In this document: piece by piece, positions 26,984 through 36,399 of the stretch | Position numbering within the stretch: position 1 is the first letter of the stretch | Layout of the letters: each line of letters opens with the position of its first letter | Source: Candidatus Woesearchaeota archaeon | GTDB lineage: Archaea; Nanobdellota; Nanobdellia; Parvarchaeales; Parvarchaeaceae | Assembly: GCA_964641875.1 (NCBI GenBank) | Contig: CAZXLU010000001.1 | Coordinates: 1 to 57,134, forward strand | Length of the DNA stretch: 57,134 bases | Direction: 5' to 3' | Position numbers and translations under genes: made by a program | Notes under the pieces: generated by a model | What the model saw: only the letters and a program-made list of their open reading frames with translations | The model's database searches: none | Told to the model about the DNA's origin: nothing

Positions 26984-27967
26984 TCAAGAGTTATCAACGC
27001 TTTCGAACATTTCTTTGTACTTTTCAGGCAGTAATCTATTTGTATCGAAACCAGCAAATTGTAAAGATGTCGGTGTCCAGACCCTTGGGCATAATTCAAC
27101 ATGAAAATGAAAATTAATTTCGTCTTTTAGCTCATGAAACAAGATATTATATGACATTTTTCCAAAAAGAACTTTATTCTTTCTGAGAACTTTCTCAAGT
27201 GCATCGGCAAAGTCCTTCTTTTCATCCTCTGATAGTAAAGATACGTGATTTACATGCCTTTTAGGGAGTATCATAGATTCTGCAGTAAATCTGGATCCAA
27301 AAGGTGCTATTGCTATAAAAGTATTGTTTTGATAAAGTATTCTATCTTTTTCATGCTCTATGGCATATTCATACAAACACTTTCCTTTACCTTCCTTCAA
27401 AAAAGAAGTTATAGCGTTCATCTCTTCTTTTATAGATAATGAACGCTCTTCAAAAGCCATCAATTGACTATGGCTATGCAGCAAAGAGGCACCGCTTAAA
27501 GGGCCTTCGTTTTTAAATACGTAAACATACTTTATTCTATCTCTAGAATAAAGGAAATTCTCTCTTTCTATTATGGTATCTATCCACCTAATATAGTCTT
27601 CTTTATTAAAATCTGAAAGTCTTATATCGTGTTTTGGTGTTTCTATTATAACCTCGCAATAACCAAATGAAGGTTTCTCCTCTAAAAAACCTTTTTCTGG
27701 TAAAAAATCAGATTCTGGAGATAAGATCGGAAATTTATTCTCTATAACTTTTAACTTCCAAGAACTTTCATCACCCCCTACTAGCAATACTGTCTTGTTA
27801 AGGGATTCTTTCCCATATTCGAATGGGCACTCTAAAATATCGGATTCAAATTTTTGATCTTGCGGATTAAAATCTTTCGGTTTGTTATCATTCTCTAAAT
27901 TTGAAAAAATGACCTCTCTGCCAGTCCTATAATCTACTCTTATTTTACCTTTCCTGTTAGTAAACAT
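26984..27967 (-). CDS. Galactose-1-phosphate uridylyltransferase-like nucleotidyltransferase/phosphorylase (HIT superfamily)
   Basis: VIENKFPIL, GYCEVIIETPKHD, the catalytic HSHSQ (HxHxQ), and a duplicated half-barrel with FHFHVELCPR. Confidence 0.7.
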   Translation of the reverse strand: MFTNRKGKIRVDYRTGREVIFSNLENDNKPKDFNPQDQKFESDILECPFEYGKESLNKTVLLVGGDESSWKLKVIENKFPILSPESDFLPEKGFLEEKPSFGYCEVIIETPKHDIRLSDFNKEDYIRWIDTIIERENFLYSRDRIKYVYVFKNEGPLSGASLLHSHSQLMAFEERSLSIKEEMNAITSFLKEGKGKCLYEYAIEHEKDRILYQNNTFIAIAPFGSRFTAESMILPKRHVNHVSLLSEDEKKDFADALEKVLRKNKVLFGKMSYNILFHELKDEINFHFHVELCPRVWTPTSLQFAGFDTNRLLPEKYKEMFESVDNS

Positions 27968-27997
27968 TTCTATTTAATTTATTTTTATTATTAAAAT

Positions 27998-29026
27998 CTA
28001 ACTTATTACTGGCTTTCCCAAAACCCTGAGGAACCTTATTGGTAAGTCTTTATTTATAAGCAACATCTTGTCATTCTCATCAAAGCAGAAATTCTTTTCT
28101 GCGGAGAAATGAGCTTTAACTGTATTACCCTCTTTTTTAACGTTACTTAATGCTATTGAAACGTTCTGCCAGTTACATATTAAATTCAATTTAATATCGT
28201 CTCTTATTTCCTGTTTATATAAAGGTATAACGTCAATTGAAAGTTCTCCCTCTTTTAAATCTTTATAACTTCCTTTTTTCCTTATTTCTACGCCTCTTGG
28301 AAGATCCCAAGGCCACACTCCTTTTATAGATACTCCAACTCTATCCCCAGCTTCGGCTGAAGTTACATCCTCTTGATTTATCTGTATTGAATTTATTGAT
28401 ATCTCTTTTGTAAATGGCTCGGGTGAGATAATTCCCTCACTATGAACTTCTATTTTTCCGGTAGGCATAACACCAACTGCAACTGACATACCTTTTGATT
28501 CAAATGCGTGGTCTATCAATATCTTAAATGGTTTATTTACATTTTCTTGATTATATGAAAAACTTGAAACTTTAGCTCTTATATCTGCAAGGCTTTGATC
28601 ATTATTTATATCCACTACAACTATTTCAAAGTCTTTTAGATTTGTATTCTTTATTATTGTGGATAAATTATTTTTTAATTTCTCAATTTCATCAGCAGTA
28701 GAAATATCTGCTTTTGTTATACATATCAATCCTTGTTTTATTCCTACAGTGTCCGCCATTATTATCTGTTCTCCAACTTGTAAATTCACTCCATTTTCTG
28801 GAGAAACGCACATTATTATTGCATCAGATATTGTAAGTACTGAACCCAATAAAGCCGGGTTATCCATGTCTCCAGGAGTATCTATCAATGTTACATTTTT
28901 TCCCCCATATTTAAAGAAAAAGAATGAAACGTCCTCTTCGGCGCCTTTTTTCTGCTGAAGTTTATTTACTAAAGTAGATTTACCAGCACGATATGGTCCA
29001 ATTACGCTAACTGTTAATGAATTCAT
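27998..29026 (-). CDS. EF-Tu-like translational-type GTPase of unknown role
   Basis: GPYRAGKST (G1), DTPGD (G3), TKAD (G4), then a beta-barrel domain-2-like region (GDRVGVSIKG). Confidence 0.6.
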   Translation of the reverse strand: MNSLTVSVIGPYRAGKSTLVNKLQQKKGAEEDVSFFFFKYGGKNVTLIDTPGDMDNPALLGSVLTISDAIIMCVSPENGVNLQVGEQIIMADTVGIKQGLICITKADISTADEIEKLKNNLSTIIKNTNLKDFEIVVVDINNDQSLADIRAKVSSFSYNQENVNKPFKILIDHAFESKGMSVAVGVMPTGKIEVHSEGIISPEPFTKEISINSIQINQEDVTSAEAGDRVGVSIKGVWPWDLPRGVEIRKKGSYKDLKEGELSIDVIPLYKQEIRDDIKLNLICNWQNVSIALSNVKKEGNTVKAHFSAEKNFCFDENDKMLLINKDLPIRFLRVLGKPVIS

Positions 29027-29063
29027 ATTTTCTTAATAAAGAATGAAACATTTAAATATATTT

Positions 29064-29978
29064 CTATAGAGAAAACTTATCTAGATCATTTGGGAAGTAA
29101 TAATTAAACTTACAACCTAGCTTAGAATAGACATCCTCCGCATCTTTTTCCAAAACTTTGCTATTTTCATATCTTTGACTAGTATGTACAAAGTAAACAT
29201 TGCTTGCTCCAGATGCCTTCGCTATTTTCATAGCTTCCTTTAAGTTAAGATGGAAAAACTCCGAAGATTTTTCAAAATCCGATGCAAAAGTACTTTCTAT
29301 TATCAATGTGTCTACACCTTTTACAAAATTTATAACAGATTTATCATACCTAAAATCCGTAACATATGCCAGTGATTTACCTTTCTTTACATATGTAAAC
29401 TCTTTGTATTTTAACTTTCTACCGTTGTATATAACATCATTCCCATCCTTAAGTGTACTAAGGAATTTTCCTGGCTTTATATTAAATTTTGCTAGTTTAT
29501 CAACAAGTATATTTCTAGTGTCATTTTCCTTTATTTTATATGCGAGACACTTAATTGAATGCTTTACATTTATAGCTAAAACTTTATAATTATCGCCTTG
29601 AATTAACGTTTTTTCTCTAACTGCATTCACAGAATATGTTTTTAGTTTAAGGTCATTATAAAATTTATACGTTTCCAGTATTTTCTTAACGCTTTCTCTT
29701 GTACCACTTGGGCCAAATACACTTAAAGTTTTATTAATTTTCATCATGTTATTGCTTTGTATAATTCCACCCAAACCTAAAGAATGATCTCCATGCCAAT
29801 GTGTTATAAATATATAGTCTATTGAAGGACTGAGACCTGCTTTTCTTATTTGCCTCTGAGTTCCTTCTCCACAATCAATAAGCATTCTATCTCCATTTAA
29901 CAATATATATAGTGCCGGATGGTTCCTATTTGCTGTTGGAAAGGCTGATGAAGTGCCTAAAAAAACTACTTCAATCAT
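29064..29978 (-). CDS. rnz: Ribonuclease Z (tRNA 3' endonuclease)
   Basis: MIEVVFLGTSSAFPT...NHPALYI...LIDCGEGTQRQ...ITHWHGDH is the metallo-beta-lactamase HxHxDH. I prefer the start at 29978. The track start is 30008. Confidence 0.75.
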   Translation of the reverse strand: MIEVVFLGTSSAFPTANRNHPALYILLNGDRMLIDCGEGTQRQIRKAGLSPSIDYIFITHWHGDHSLGLGGIIQSNNMMKINKTLSVFGPSGTRESVKKILETYKFYNDLKLKTYSVNAVREKTLIQGDNYKVLAINVKHSIKCLAYKIKENDTRNILVDKLAKFNIKPGKFLSTLKDGNDVIYNGRKLKYKEFTYVKKGKSLAYVTDFRYDKSVINFVKGVDTLIIESTFASDFEKSSEFFHLNLKEAMKIAKASGASNVYFVHTSQRYENSKVLEKDAEDVYSKLGCKFNYYFPNDLDKFSL

Positions 29979-30720
29979 AGAAAACCCTCCTAAAGTTTTT
30001 ATATACATTGGAAATTACTTCTTCCATATCTACACCTATTATGTTAGCTATGTAATTTAAAAGTCTCTTAACATTTAAAGGAGTATTTGTCTTAGTATCT
30101 GGACTTAAAACCGGAGAATCGGTTTCGGTAAATATATTGGCGATATCAACTTTTTTTATAATATTGTCCCTCTTGAATTTCATAAAACCTGTAGATATAC
30201 TTATATTTATACCCATTTCCTTCGTCCTTTCTAATTGCCTTAAATTGCCTTCGAAATTATGAATTATAACTTTTAATTTGAAACTTGACAGTATATCTAA
30301 CAAATCATCCATAGATTTACGACTGTGAATTATACAAACTTTATTATTATCAGCTGCAACTTCAAGTATCTTATAAAGAAGCTCCTTCTCCACTTCCATC
30401 TGGTATATATCTTTGTTTTTATAATCTAAACCTATCTCTGATATTGCAAATGCTTTTTCTACATTTTCTATTAAGTAATTGAGTTCTCTTTCTGCCTCAT
30501 CGTAAGAAATTTTAGCTATTTCATTTGGATGCAAACCTATACATGGAAGTATAAATTCATATTTTTCATGCAATTTTATTATTTCTGTATTCTGTCTTGA
30601 ATTTTCACCAGCATTTAATACTATGTAATCATTACCCATTTCTTTTGCTAATTTATCTATGCTTGAGGTAAATTCATTGCTACATAAGTGTGCATGTATA
30701 TCTATAAGTTTATTTTCCAT
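29971..30720 (-). CDS. TatD-family metal-dependent hydrolase
   Basis: LIDIHAHL, IGLD, IIHSR and TETDSP, which are the TatD signature positions. Confidence 0.7.
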   Translation of the reverse strand: MENKLIDIHAHLCSNEFTSSIDKLAKEMGNDYIVLNAGENSRQNTEIIKLHEKYEFILPCIGLHPNEIAKISYDEAERELNYLIENVEKAFAISEIGLDYKNKDIYQMEVEKELLYKILEVAADNNKVCIIHSRKSMDDLLDILSSFKLKVIIHNFEGNLRQLERTKEMGINISISTGFMKFKRDNIIKKVDIANIFTETDSPVLSPDTKTNTPLNVKRLLNYIANIIGVDMEEVISNVYKNFRRVFYD

Positions 30721-30985
30721 TTCTATTATAATCTGATTTTTGCTTGTGCCTAGTATAAATTTCTACATTATTCGCACTCTTTAATTCGTTTACTTTACCA
30801 ATTTTTTGATTACTAAGTAAAAATTCATTATTAGAAAAATTAATCTTATTCCAGACTTTAAAGTTTTTCTTGCTTTCAAATTTTATATATATGAGTATCT
30901 TACAATTTAAATCCACAACTATAAATTTGTTATTTGCTGTTTTTTTATCGGTTTTAAGGCGTTCTATAAACCCACATTCTCCCAT
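30710..30985 (-). CDS. Hypothetical protein
   Basis: 91-aa K/N-rich ORF between the tRNA-Thr and the TatD-family gene, which it overlaps by 11 nt. No recognisable motif. Confidence 0.3.
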   Translation of the reverse strand: MGECGFIERLKTDKKTANNKFIVVDLNCKILIYIKFESKKNFKVWNKINFSNNEFLLSNQKIGKVNELKSANNVEIYTRHKQKSDYNRNGK

Positions 30986-31052
30986 GATTTAGAATAATAA
31001 ACATAAAATATATAAGTTTATTAAAATTTAATAGACTGTTAGGAATGAACAC

Positions 31053-31124
31053 GCCTCCGTAGCTCAGCGGTAGAGCGTCTGCCTTGTAAGCAGAAGGTCG
31101 CGGGGCCAGCACCCGTCGGAGGCT
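31053..31124 (+). tRNA. tRNA-Thr (anticodon UGU) with non-canonical T-loop
   Basis: Hand fold. Acceptor GCCUCCG/CGGAGGC, D stem GCUC/GAGC, anticodon stem UCUGC/GCAGA with loop CUUGUAA, T stem GCGGG/CCCGU. The T-loop reads GCCAGCA instead of UUCRAAU. Confidence 0.7.
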
Positions 31125-31135
31125 TATTAAATGAT

Positions 31136-31861
31136 ATGAAAATAAAAGGGGTAATATTTGATTTTGACAATACATTAATAAACTCTTCAAAAACAATTGA
31201 TGATGCCAATAAATTGGTTTTAAAAAAGATGCAGGAAGACTTCGAAACAATGGATTTAAAAACCTTTGACTGCATACTGAAAAAAGTCCAAAAAAAGTTC
31301 GATAGCGTGGATCATATGAAAAGATACAAAAGGCTTTTCTATGAACTTTTTGCAGAAGAAAGTGGTATAAACATAGATACAGGAAAAATAGACGTATATT
31401 CAGAAATTTTTGAAAGCCATCTAATCAACAGGATGGAATTTACAGAAGGCGTGGAACAAACATTGAATAAACTTAAAAAAATGGGTCTAAAGATAGGATT
31501 ACTTACAGGAGAGGGGCTTTACCCTGGCTTAAAAAAGAGGACATTGGATAAATTCGATAAGAATGGGAAGTTCGATATAAAAGTTATCGCAAGAAATGAC
31601 ATTTCAGAAAGCAAACATAGTCCTGAGGCATTTAAAAAAACGGCTACGATGCTAAAACTTAAAGCAAATGAAGTACTGTTTGTCGGAGACACTTCTGATG
31701 TAGACATAGACAATGCAAAAGAAGCAGGTATGAAAACAATACTTTTTGACAGATACAATGAAGATAAAGGCAGGGTATCTAAATACAAGCCGGATTTTAT
31801 AATAGAGGATATTCGAGATATCTATAGGATATTGAATAATTTAAATCAAGAAGTAGTCTGA
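31136..31861 (+). CDS. HAD-superfamily hydrolase
   Basis: VIFDFDNTL (DxDxT motif I), LLTGEG (II-like), FVGDTSDVDIDNAKEAGM (motif IV). Confidence 0.7.
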   Translation: MKIKGVIFDFDNTLINSSKTIDDANKLVLKKMQEDFETMDLKTFDCILKKVQKKFDSVDHMKRYKRLFYELFAEESGINIDTGKIDVYSEIFESHLINRMEFTEGVEQTLNKLKKMGLKIGLLTGEGLYPGLKKRTLDKFDKNGKFDIKVIARNDISESKHSPEAFKKTATMLKLKANEVLFVGDTSDVDIDNAKEAGMKTILFDRYNEDKGRVSKYKPDFIIEDIRDIYRILNNLNQEVV

Positions 31862-32778
31862 GATATCTTTTCTTTTATCTTATCTATGACATTTTGAACG
31901 TTTTCTTGTCCTCCCAAAGAAGCAAGAGCAGTTGCAGATAGACCTGCTATCCCTCCAAACATATTTCCAGCGTTTTGCATGAATTGCATAGGGAGAACTA
32001 TTTTTGAAGAGCTAGATTCGCCCATCTGTTTAAGGGCTTGAAGATAAAGATACATTATTGATTTATCATCTAATGATTTTCCGCCTTCACCTATAGCTTC
32101 TATAACTATTTTTTGCGCCTCTGCTTTGAATCTCTGTGCTTGCAATAGATTGGCTGCTATCTCAGGTTGTTGCATGGCCTGTATAACTTCATTTGAGGGA
32201 GAAACGCTCCTTATTTGAACGGAAGGGACGTCTATACCCCACTTCCATGTCATATGCCTTATTGCATCTGCCAGTATATCATTGAGCCGATCTAGATTAC
32301 CAAAAACTTGCCTCATAGACAAAGATGCTATTGCATTCCTTATTGCTGATTGGACTAAATTAGACAAACCTTGCCCATAATTATCTATCTGCAATGTTGC
32401 TTTCTCTGGATCTACAACCTGGTAATATATTGTTCCGTCTAGGGATAACTTTAGATCATCAGCTGTAAATATGTCCTGGGAGCTTATATCCATCATCTTC
32501 ACACGAACATCTACTTTCTTATATTCTTGCTCAAAAAATGGCACAACTATTGCCCATCCTGGTCCAGCTATCCTATTAAATTTTCCAAGTCTAAAAATTA
32601 TACCTCTCTCAAACTGGCTATATTTCTTTACGAATGTTATAAAGAACAGAGAGAATATAAGTACTAAAAATATTATTAAAAATATATAGAACAACTCAGG
32701 AAAGAAGAAACTCATAACAAATAATAGTACAAGGGCCAGCACCCCTATTATAAACGCCCAAAATTCTCCCGGACTCAT
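31846..32778 (-). CDS. SPFH/Band 7 (stomatin/prohibitin-like) membrane protein
   Basis: N-terminal TM helices, then ERGIIFRLGKFNRIAGPGWAIVVPF...VDVRV...DGTIYYQVVDPEKA, a typical SPFH core. Confidence 0.75.
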   Translation of the reverse strand: MSPGEFWAFIIGVLALVLLFVMSFFFPELFYIFLIIFLVLIFSLFFITFVKKYSQFERGIIFRLGKFNRIAGPGWAIVVPFFEQEYKKVDVRVKMMDISSQDIFTADDLKLSLDGTIYYQVVDPEKATLQIDNYGQGLSNLVQSAIRNAIASLSMRQVFGNLDRLNDILADAIRHMTWKWGIDVPSVQIRSVSPSNEVIQAMQQPEIAANLLQAQRFKAEAQKIVIEAIGEGGKSLDDKSIMYLYLQALKQMGESSSSKIVLPMQFMQNAGNMFGGIAGLSATALASLGGQENVQNVIDKIKEKISQTTS

Positions 32779-32894
32779 ATTATAAAGTATGATGCCCCAG
32801 ATTTATAACTATTCCTATCGTATTACTTTTAGTATAAAAGTTGAGATTATGATTAATTTTTAGATTATTTTTATAAGATTTGTAAATAGCAAAT

Positions 32895-33593
32895 TTACCT
32901 CACTATGAGAAGATTTGCAGTCATCCTTGCTTCAACCTTTAAATATTTCATCAGAGATTTTTCCTCAAATTCATCCGATCCTCCGATATAAGGATTGAAT
33001 TTCGGCAAAACTATCCCATTTTTAAGTCTAGAATTTGGAAATTTATCTTCTGGAAGAGATATTTTTGTGAAGAAAAAACAGTCTTCTCTGTAAGACATAC
33101 CATTAGAATCTTTTATAAATATAAATGGATGAAGATGACCCATACACAACGTATTAGCGTTTTCTGCAAATTTTTTAGAAGGCAATGAATGCCCATGCAT
33201 AAATCCCACCTTTTTATGAATAAATTCCTTTTTCACAATTATGTTATTGAATTTTGATGTTATCCTCTCTATTCCGCCATCGTGGTTTCCTTTCGTTAAA
33301 ATAATTTCTTGAAAGGCATTGGAAAGCTGAGAAAAAAACTTTATGAGTATTCCTTCTTCTTTGCCTTTTATATAAGTATACTCCTTTCTTATATCCCCAA
33401 GTAAAATCAATTTTTTTGTTTTTAAAGATATTATACTGTTAGTTAGTTCCTCGGTTTTATCCCAAATATTATAACCATTCTTATTTATCTCATCTTCAAA
33501 ACCTATATGCAGATCTCCAATGACACTATAACCATCGAAAAATATTGCCCTTGAACCACTTTTAAATCTGAAAGGAAAATCATCTAAATCCAT
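32895..33593 (-). CDS. Calcineurin-like metallophosphoesterase
   Basis: GDLHIG, LLGDI, GNHD, HGH and GHLH motifs in the canonical order. Confidence 0.7.
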   Translation of the reverse strand: MDLDDFPFRFKSGSRAIFFDGYSVIGDLHIGFEDEINKNGYNIWDKTEELTNSIISLKTKKLILLGDIRKEYTYIKGKEEGILIKFFSQLSNAFQEIILTKGNHDGGIERITSKFNNIIVKKEFIHKKVGFMHGHSLPSKKFAENANTLCMGHLHPFIFIKDSNGMSYREDCFFFTKISLPEDKFPNSRLKNGIVLPKFNPYIGGSDEFEEKSLMKYLKVEARMTANLLIVR

Positions 33594-33632
33594 AGAATAA
33601 ATAGAATAATATAAATTATATATATTGTTTTC

Positions 33633-35003
33633 TTATGCAAATGCTATTCCTACAAATAATGCTAATGTAAGGACCACTAGTATTGCTTCTTTTAGCCTCT
33701 GTTCTTTGTTAATACTTATTTTTGATTTTGTCTGTCTTAAAACGCTTGATATACGCATCCTTGAAAGGATGTTATAATAGAAAAATGTGGAAACTAAAAG
33801 TGAGAAAAACAGCAATATTACTATCGGGATATAACCACTACTGAAAAGAGCATAAAATATCAAAAGCTTTCCGAAAAACCCTATAGTCGGAGGGAAACCT
33901 GCAAGAGATAATATGCCCATAAAGAAAGCAATAGTGGCTATTTTTGACACACTATACATCTTATTAACATCCTTTTTATAGATTATTTTTCTTGACTCAA
34001 ATATGTCATAGGCAAGGAAAATCATAGCATCGGCTATTGCAAATGCAAATATATAAAATATTGCCGCTTCTACCCCTTTCGATGTTAACACTGCCAAGCT
34101 TATAAACGCAAAGCCTGCTTGAGATATGCTAGAATAAGCTAAAAGCCTTTTTACTCTATCTTGTACAGATGCAAGAAATGCACTCAGAAATATCGTCACT
34201 ATAGCAATTGAAAGGAATAAAACAGTTATAAAATAAGATGACACGGGCAAAGCAAAGAAGAATATTCTGATCATTGCAACTAAACCTGCAGCTTTTGAAA
34301 CTGATGAGATAAAAGCAGTAATTGAGCTCTTGGATGTTTCATATGTATCCGGTGCCCACATATGAAACGGAACAAGAGTTGACTTAAAACTAAGCCCAGC
34401 TACTACAATTGCTACTCCTGCTATGAATGGAATATATGATACTGAATGCAAACTTGAAAAAGACAATGTTCCAGAACCAGCATATATAATTGAAATACCG
34501 AAAATTAGGATTACCATCGATATTATGCCAGTTGACAAATACTTCACCGCCCCTTCCAAGGCTATCTGAGATTTATTCATATAAACTAAAGCATATGATG
34601 CTATTGATAGAAATTCTATCGAAAGGAATAATGATATAAGATTACTTGAAATTACGACTAACGTTGCCGCAAGTACTGCAGATATATAGGCAATATCTAA
34701 AACCGCGCTATGTTCTTTTTTATCAGACACTATAAATATGTATATGAGTAAAGATATGAAGAGCATAAATGAGGTTATAAACTGCGAATATTGCATTTCA
34801 GAAAACAAATTTATACTCATATTCCCATAGATTAAATCAAATATAAAGGAGATAACTAAGAATGCAATAGTAATGTAGTGTATAATATCTTTTCTTTCAA
34901 TTTTCAAGCTATGTCTTATAAAATCAACTATTATTATGAATATTATGCCAGCAAACAAAGCGTACTGTGGATTTAAATAATACATATCAAAGCCCTCCCA
35001 CAA
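33633..35003 (-). CDS. nuoN: NADH-quinone oxidoreductase subunit N-like antiporter subunit
   Basis: Polytopic protein. LSIEFLSIASYALVYMNKSQIALEGAVKYLSTG fits the NuoN pattern. An alternative start MYYLNP at 34985 would remove the 17-nt overlap with nuoM. Confidence 0.7.
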   Translation of the reverse strand: MWEGFDMYYLNPQYALFAGIIFIIIVDFIRHSLKIERKDIIHYITIAFLVISFIFDLIYGNMSINLFSEMQYSQFITSFMLFISLLIYIFIVSDKKEHSAVLDIAYISAVLAATLVVISSNLISLFLSIEFLSIASYALVYMNKSQIALEGAVKYLSTGIISMVILIFGISIIYAGSGTLSFSSLHSVSYIPFIAGVAIVVAGLSFKSTLVPFHMWAPDTYETSKSSITAFISSVSKAAGLVAMIRIFFFALPVSSYFITVLFLSIAIVTIFLSAFLASVQDRVKRLLAYSSISQAGFAFISLAVLTSKGVEAAIFYIFAFAIADAMIFLAYDIFESRKIIYKKDVNKMYSVSKIATIAFFMGILSLAGFPPTIGFFGKLLIFYALFSSGYIPIVILLFFSLLVSTFFYYNILSRMRISSVLRQTKSKISINKEQRLKEAILVVLTLALFVGIAFA

Positions 35004-36399
35004 GAGTTGTAATTAATGATGGAAATAATCCGATTAAAAGGATGAAAAACCCTAAGAAAGAAAATGTTATTACTTCCATTTTATTTATATCTTTCACATT
35101 TGACAATTTTTGAGGTATCTTACCAAAAATTGCTTCTTTCATAAACCTAAGGTAATAATTTGTTGATAACATTATTCCAAATATGGCAATAAGAGATATG
35201 CCTGCTATGGTGTAGCTTCCTATGAACACGAGCAGCTCTCCAGGGAAATTAGAAAGGCCTGGCACTCCAAGGCTAGCGAAAACTGCAAAAAATGTGAAAA
35301 ATGAAAGAAATGGCATGTTAGACATTAAACCTCCCATCTTTTTTGTATTATAAGTTCCGGTTTTTTCAAGGAGCATGTGTGCTATCCCAAAAAGAAGAAC
35401 TATTATGAAACCATGACTAATCATTAATATAACTGAACCTACAACTGCTAATTGTACTGCAGAAGACACTCCTATAAATACTAATGCCATATAAAACATA
35501 CTTGAATATGAGAAAAGCATCTTCAAATCTCTTTGCCCAGTAGCAGTAAATGCTATGTAAACTGCAGAAAATACACCAAGCGCTATTAAAGGTATACGCA
35601 AGTTAATAAGGACATTCCTAAATAAACCAAATCCAAATAGGATAAAAGCAAATCCGCCAAGTTTAGAAAGCATTCCTGATAAAAGCATTGTACCTGCTGA
35701 AGGAGAATAGTAATATGAATCTGGAAGCCATTCATGCAATGGGAACAAAGGCATTTTTATCATTACTGTTATCAAAAGAAGGAAAAATGAGACATATTCA
35801 ATGTATGATGGAAGTGAAGACATTTTTGAAGCTATCACATTAAAGTTGAAACTTCCAGTATATATGAACAAAAGGATGAAAACTGCTAGAAGAGTAAGAC
35901 TGCCAAATTGTGTAAAAACCAAAAATTTCATTCCAGCTTTCTCTGGTTTATTTCCTTTACCCCAAAAACTTGTAATGAAAAACAACCCTAATACTGCCAG
36001 TTCCCAGAATAAAAAGAACATTATTAAATTTACAGATAGGAAAACTCCTATGACAGATAAATAAACAACCAGATAGAAAAGATAAAAGAGAGATTTACTC
36101 CCTTTTATTTCCTTCTTTGCAAATAAAAGAATTGGTATGGGTAGAACTATTCCTAAAAATAGGAATGGTAGAGTTATAAAACTTGAAGTGAATGAAACCG
36201 AAAAGCTTATTGAACTATTTATTATAAGATTGAAGTTAGAGAAACCAAAAATTAAACCAAGGGAAAAGATAACTGCATTAACAATCATCGCTGAAAAAAC
36301 AATTATTTCGTCCGAAATTTTATTTCTTATAATTCTTTTAAATAACAACAATGCTATCCCAATAATCGGAACAATGAAAAGATATAAGAAGCTTATCAT
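34987..36399 (-). CDS. nuoM: NADH-quinone oxidoreductase subunit M
   Basis: FWELAVLGLFFITSFWGKGNKPEKAGMKFLVFTQFGSL fits the NuoM signature (FE...WG...A..KF..YT..GS). Confidence 0.75.
   Translation of the reverse strand: MISFLYLFIVPIIGIALLLFKRIIRNKISDEIIVFSAMIVNAVIFSLGLIFGFSNFNLIINSSISFSVSFTSSFITLPFLFLGIVLPIPILLFAKKEIKGSKSLFYLFYLVVYLSVIGVFLSVNLIMFFLFWELAVLGLFFITSFWGKGNKPEKAGMKFLVFTQFGSLTLLAVFILLFIYTGSFNFNVIASKMSSLPSYIEYVSFFLLLITVMIKMPLFPLHEWLPDSYYYSPSAGTMLLSGMLSKLGGFAFILFGFGLFRNVLINLRIPLIALGVFSAVYIAFTATGQRDLKMLFSYSSMFYMALVFIGVSSAVQLAVVGSVILMISHGFIIVLLFGIAHMLLEKTGTYNTKKMGGLMSNMPFLSFFTFFAVFASLGVPGLSNFPGELLVFIGSYTIAGISLIAIFGIMLSTNYYLRFMKEAIFGKIPQKLSNVKDINKMEVITFSFLGFFILLIGLFPSLITTLVGGL

Noticed and set aside
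26349-27117. Several 66-100 aa ORFs on both strands around the ndk 3' end and the GalT 3' end
   Set aside because: They are antisense to, or out of frame with, recognisable ndk and GalT-like genes, or they lie in the short convergent spacer. They have no motifs.
30954-31275. 98-aa and 78-aa minus-strand ORFs
   Set aside because: They span tRNA-Thr(UGU) and the start of the HAD hydrolase gene and have no independent support.
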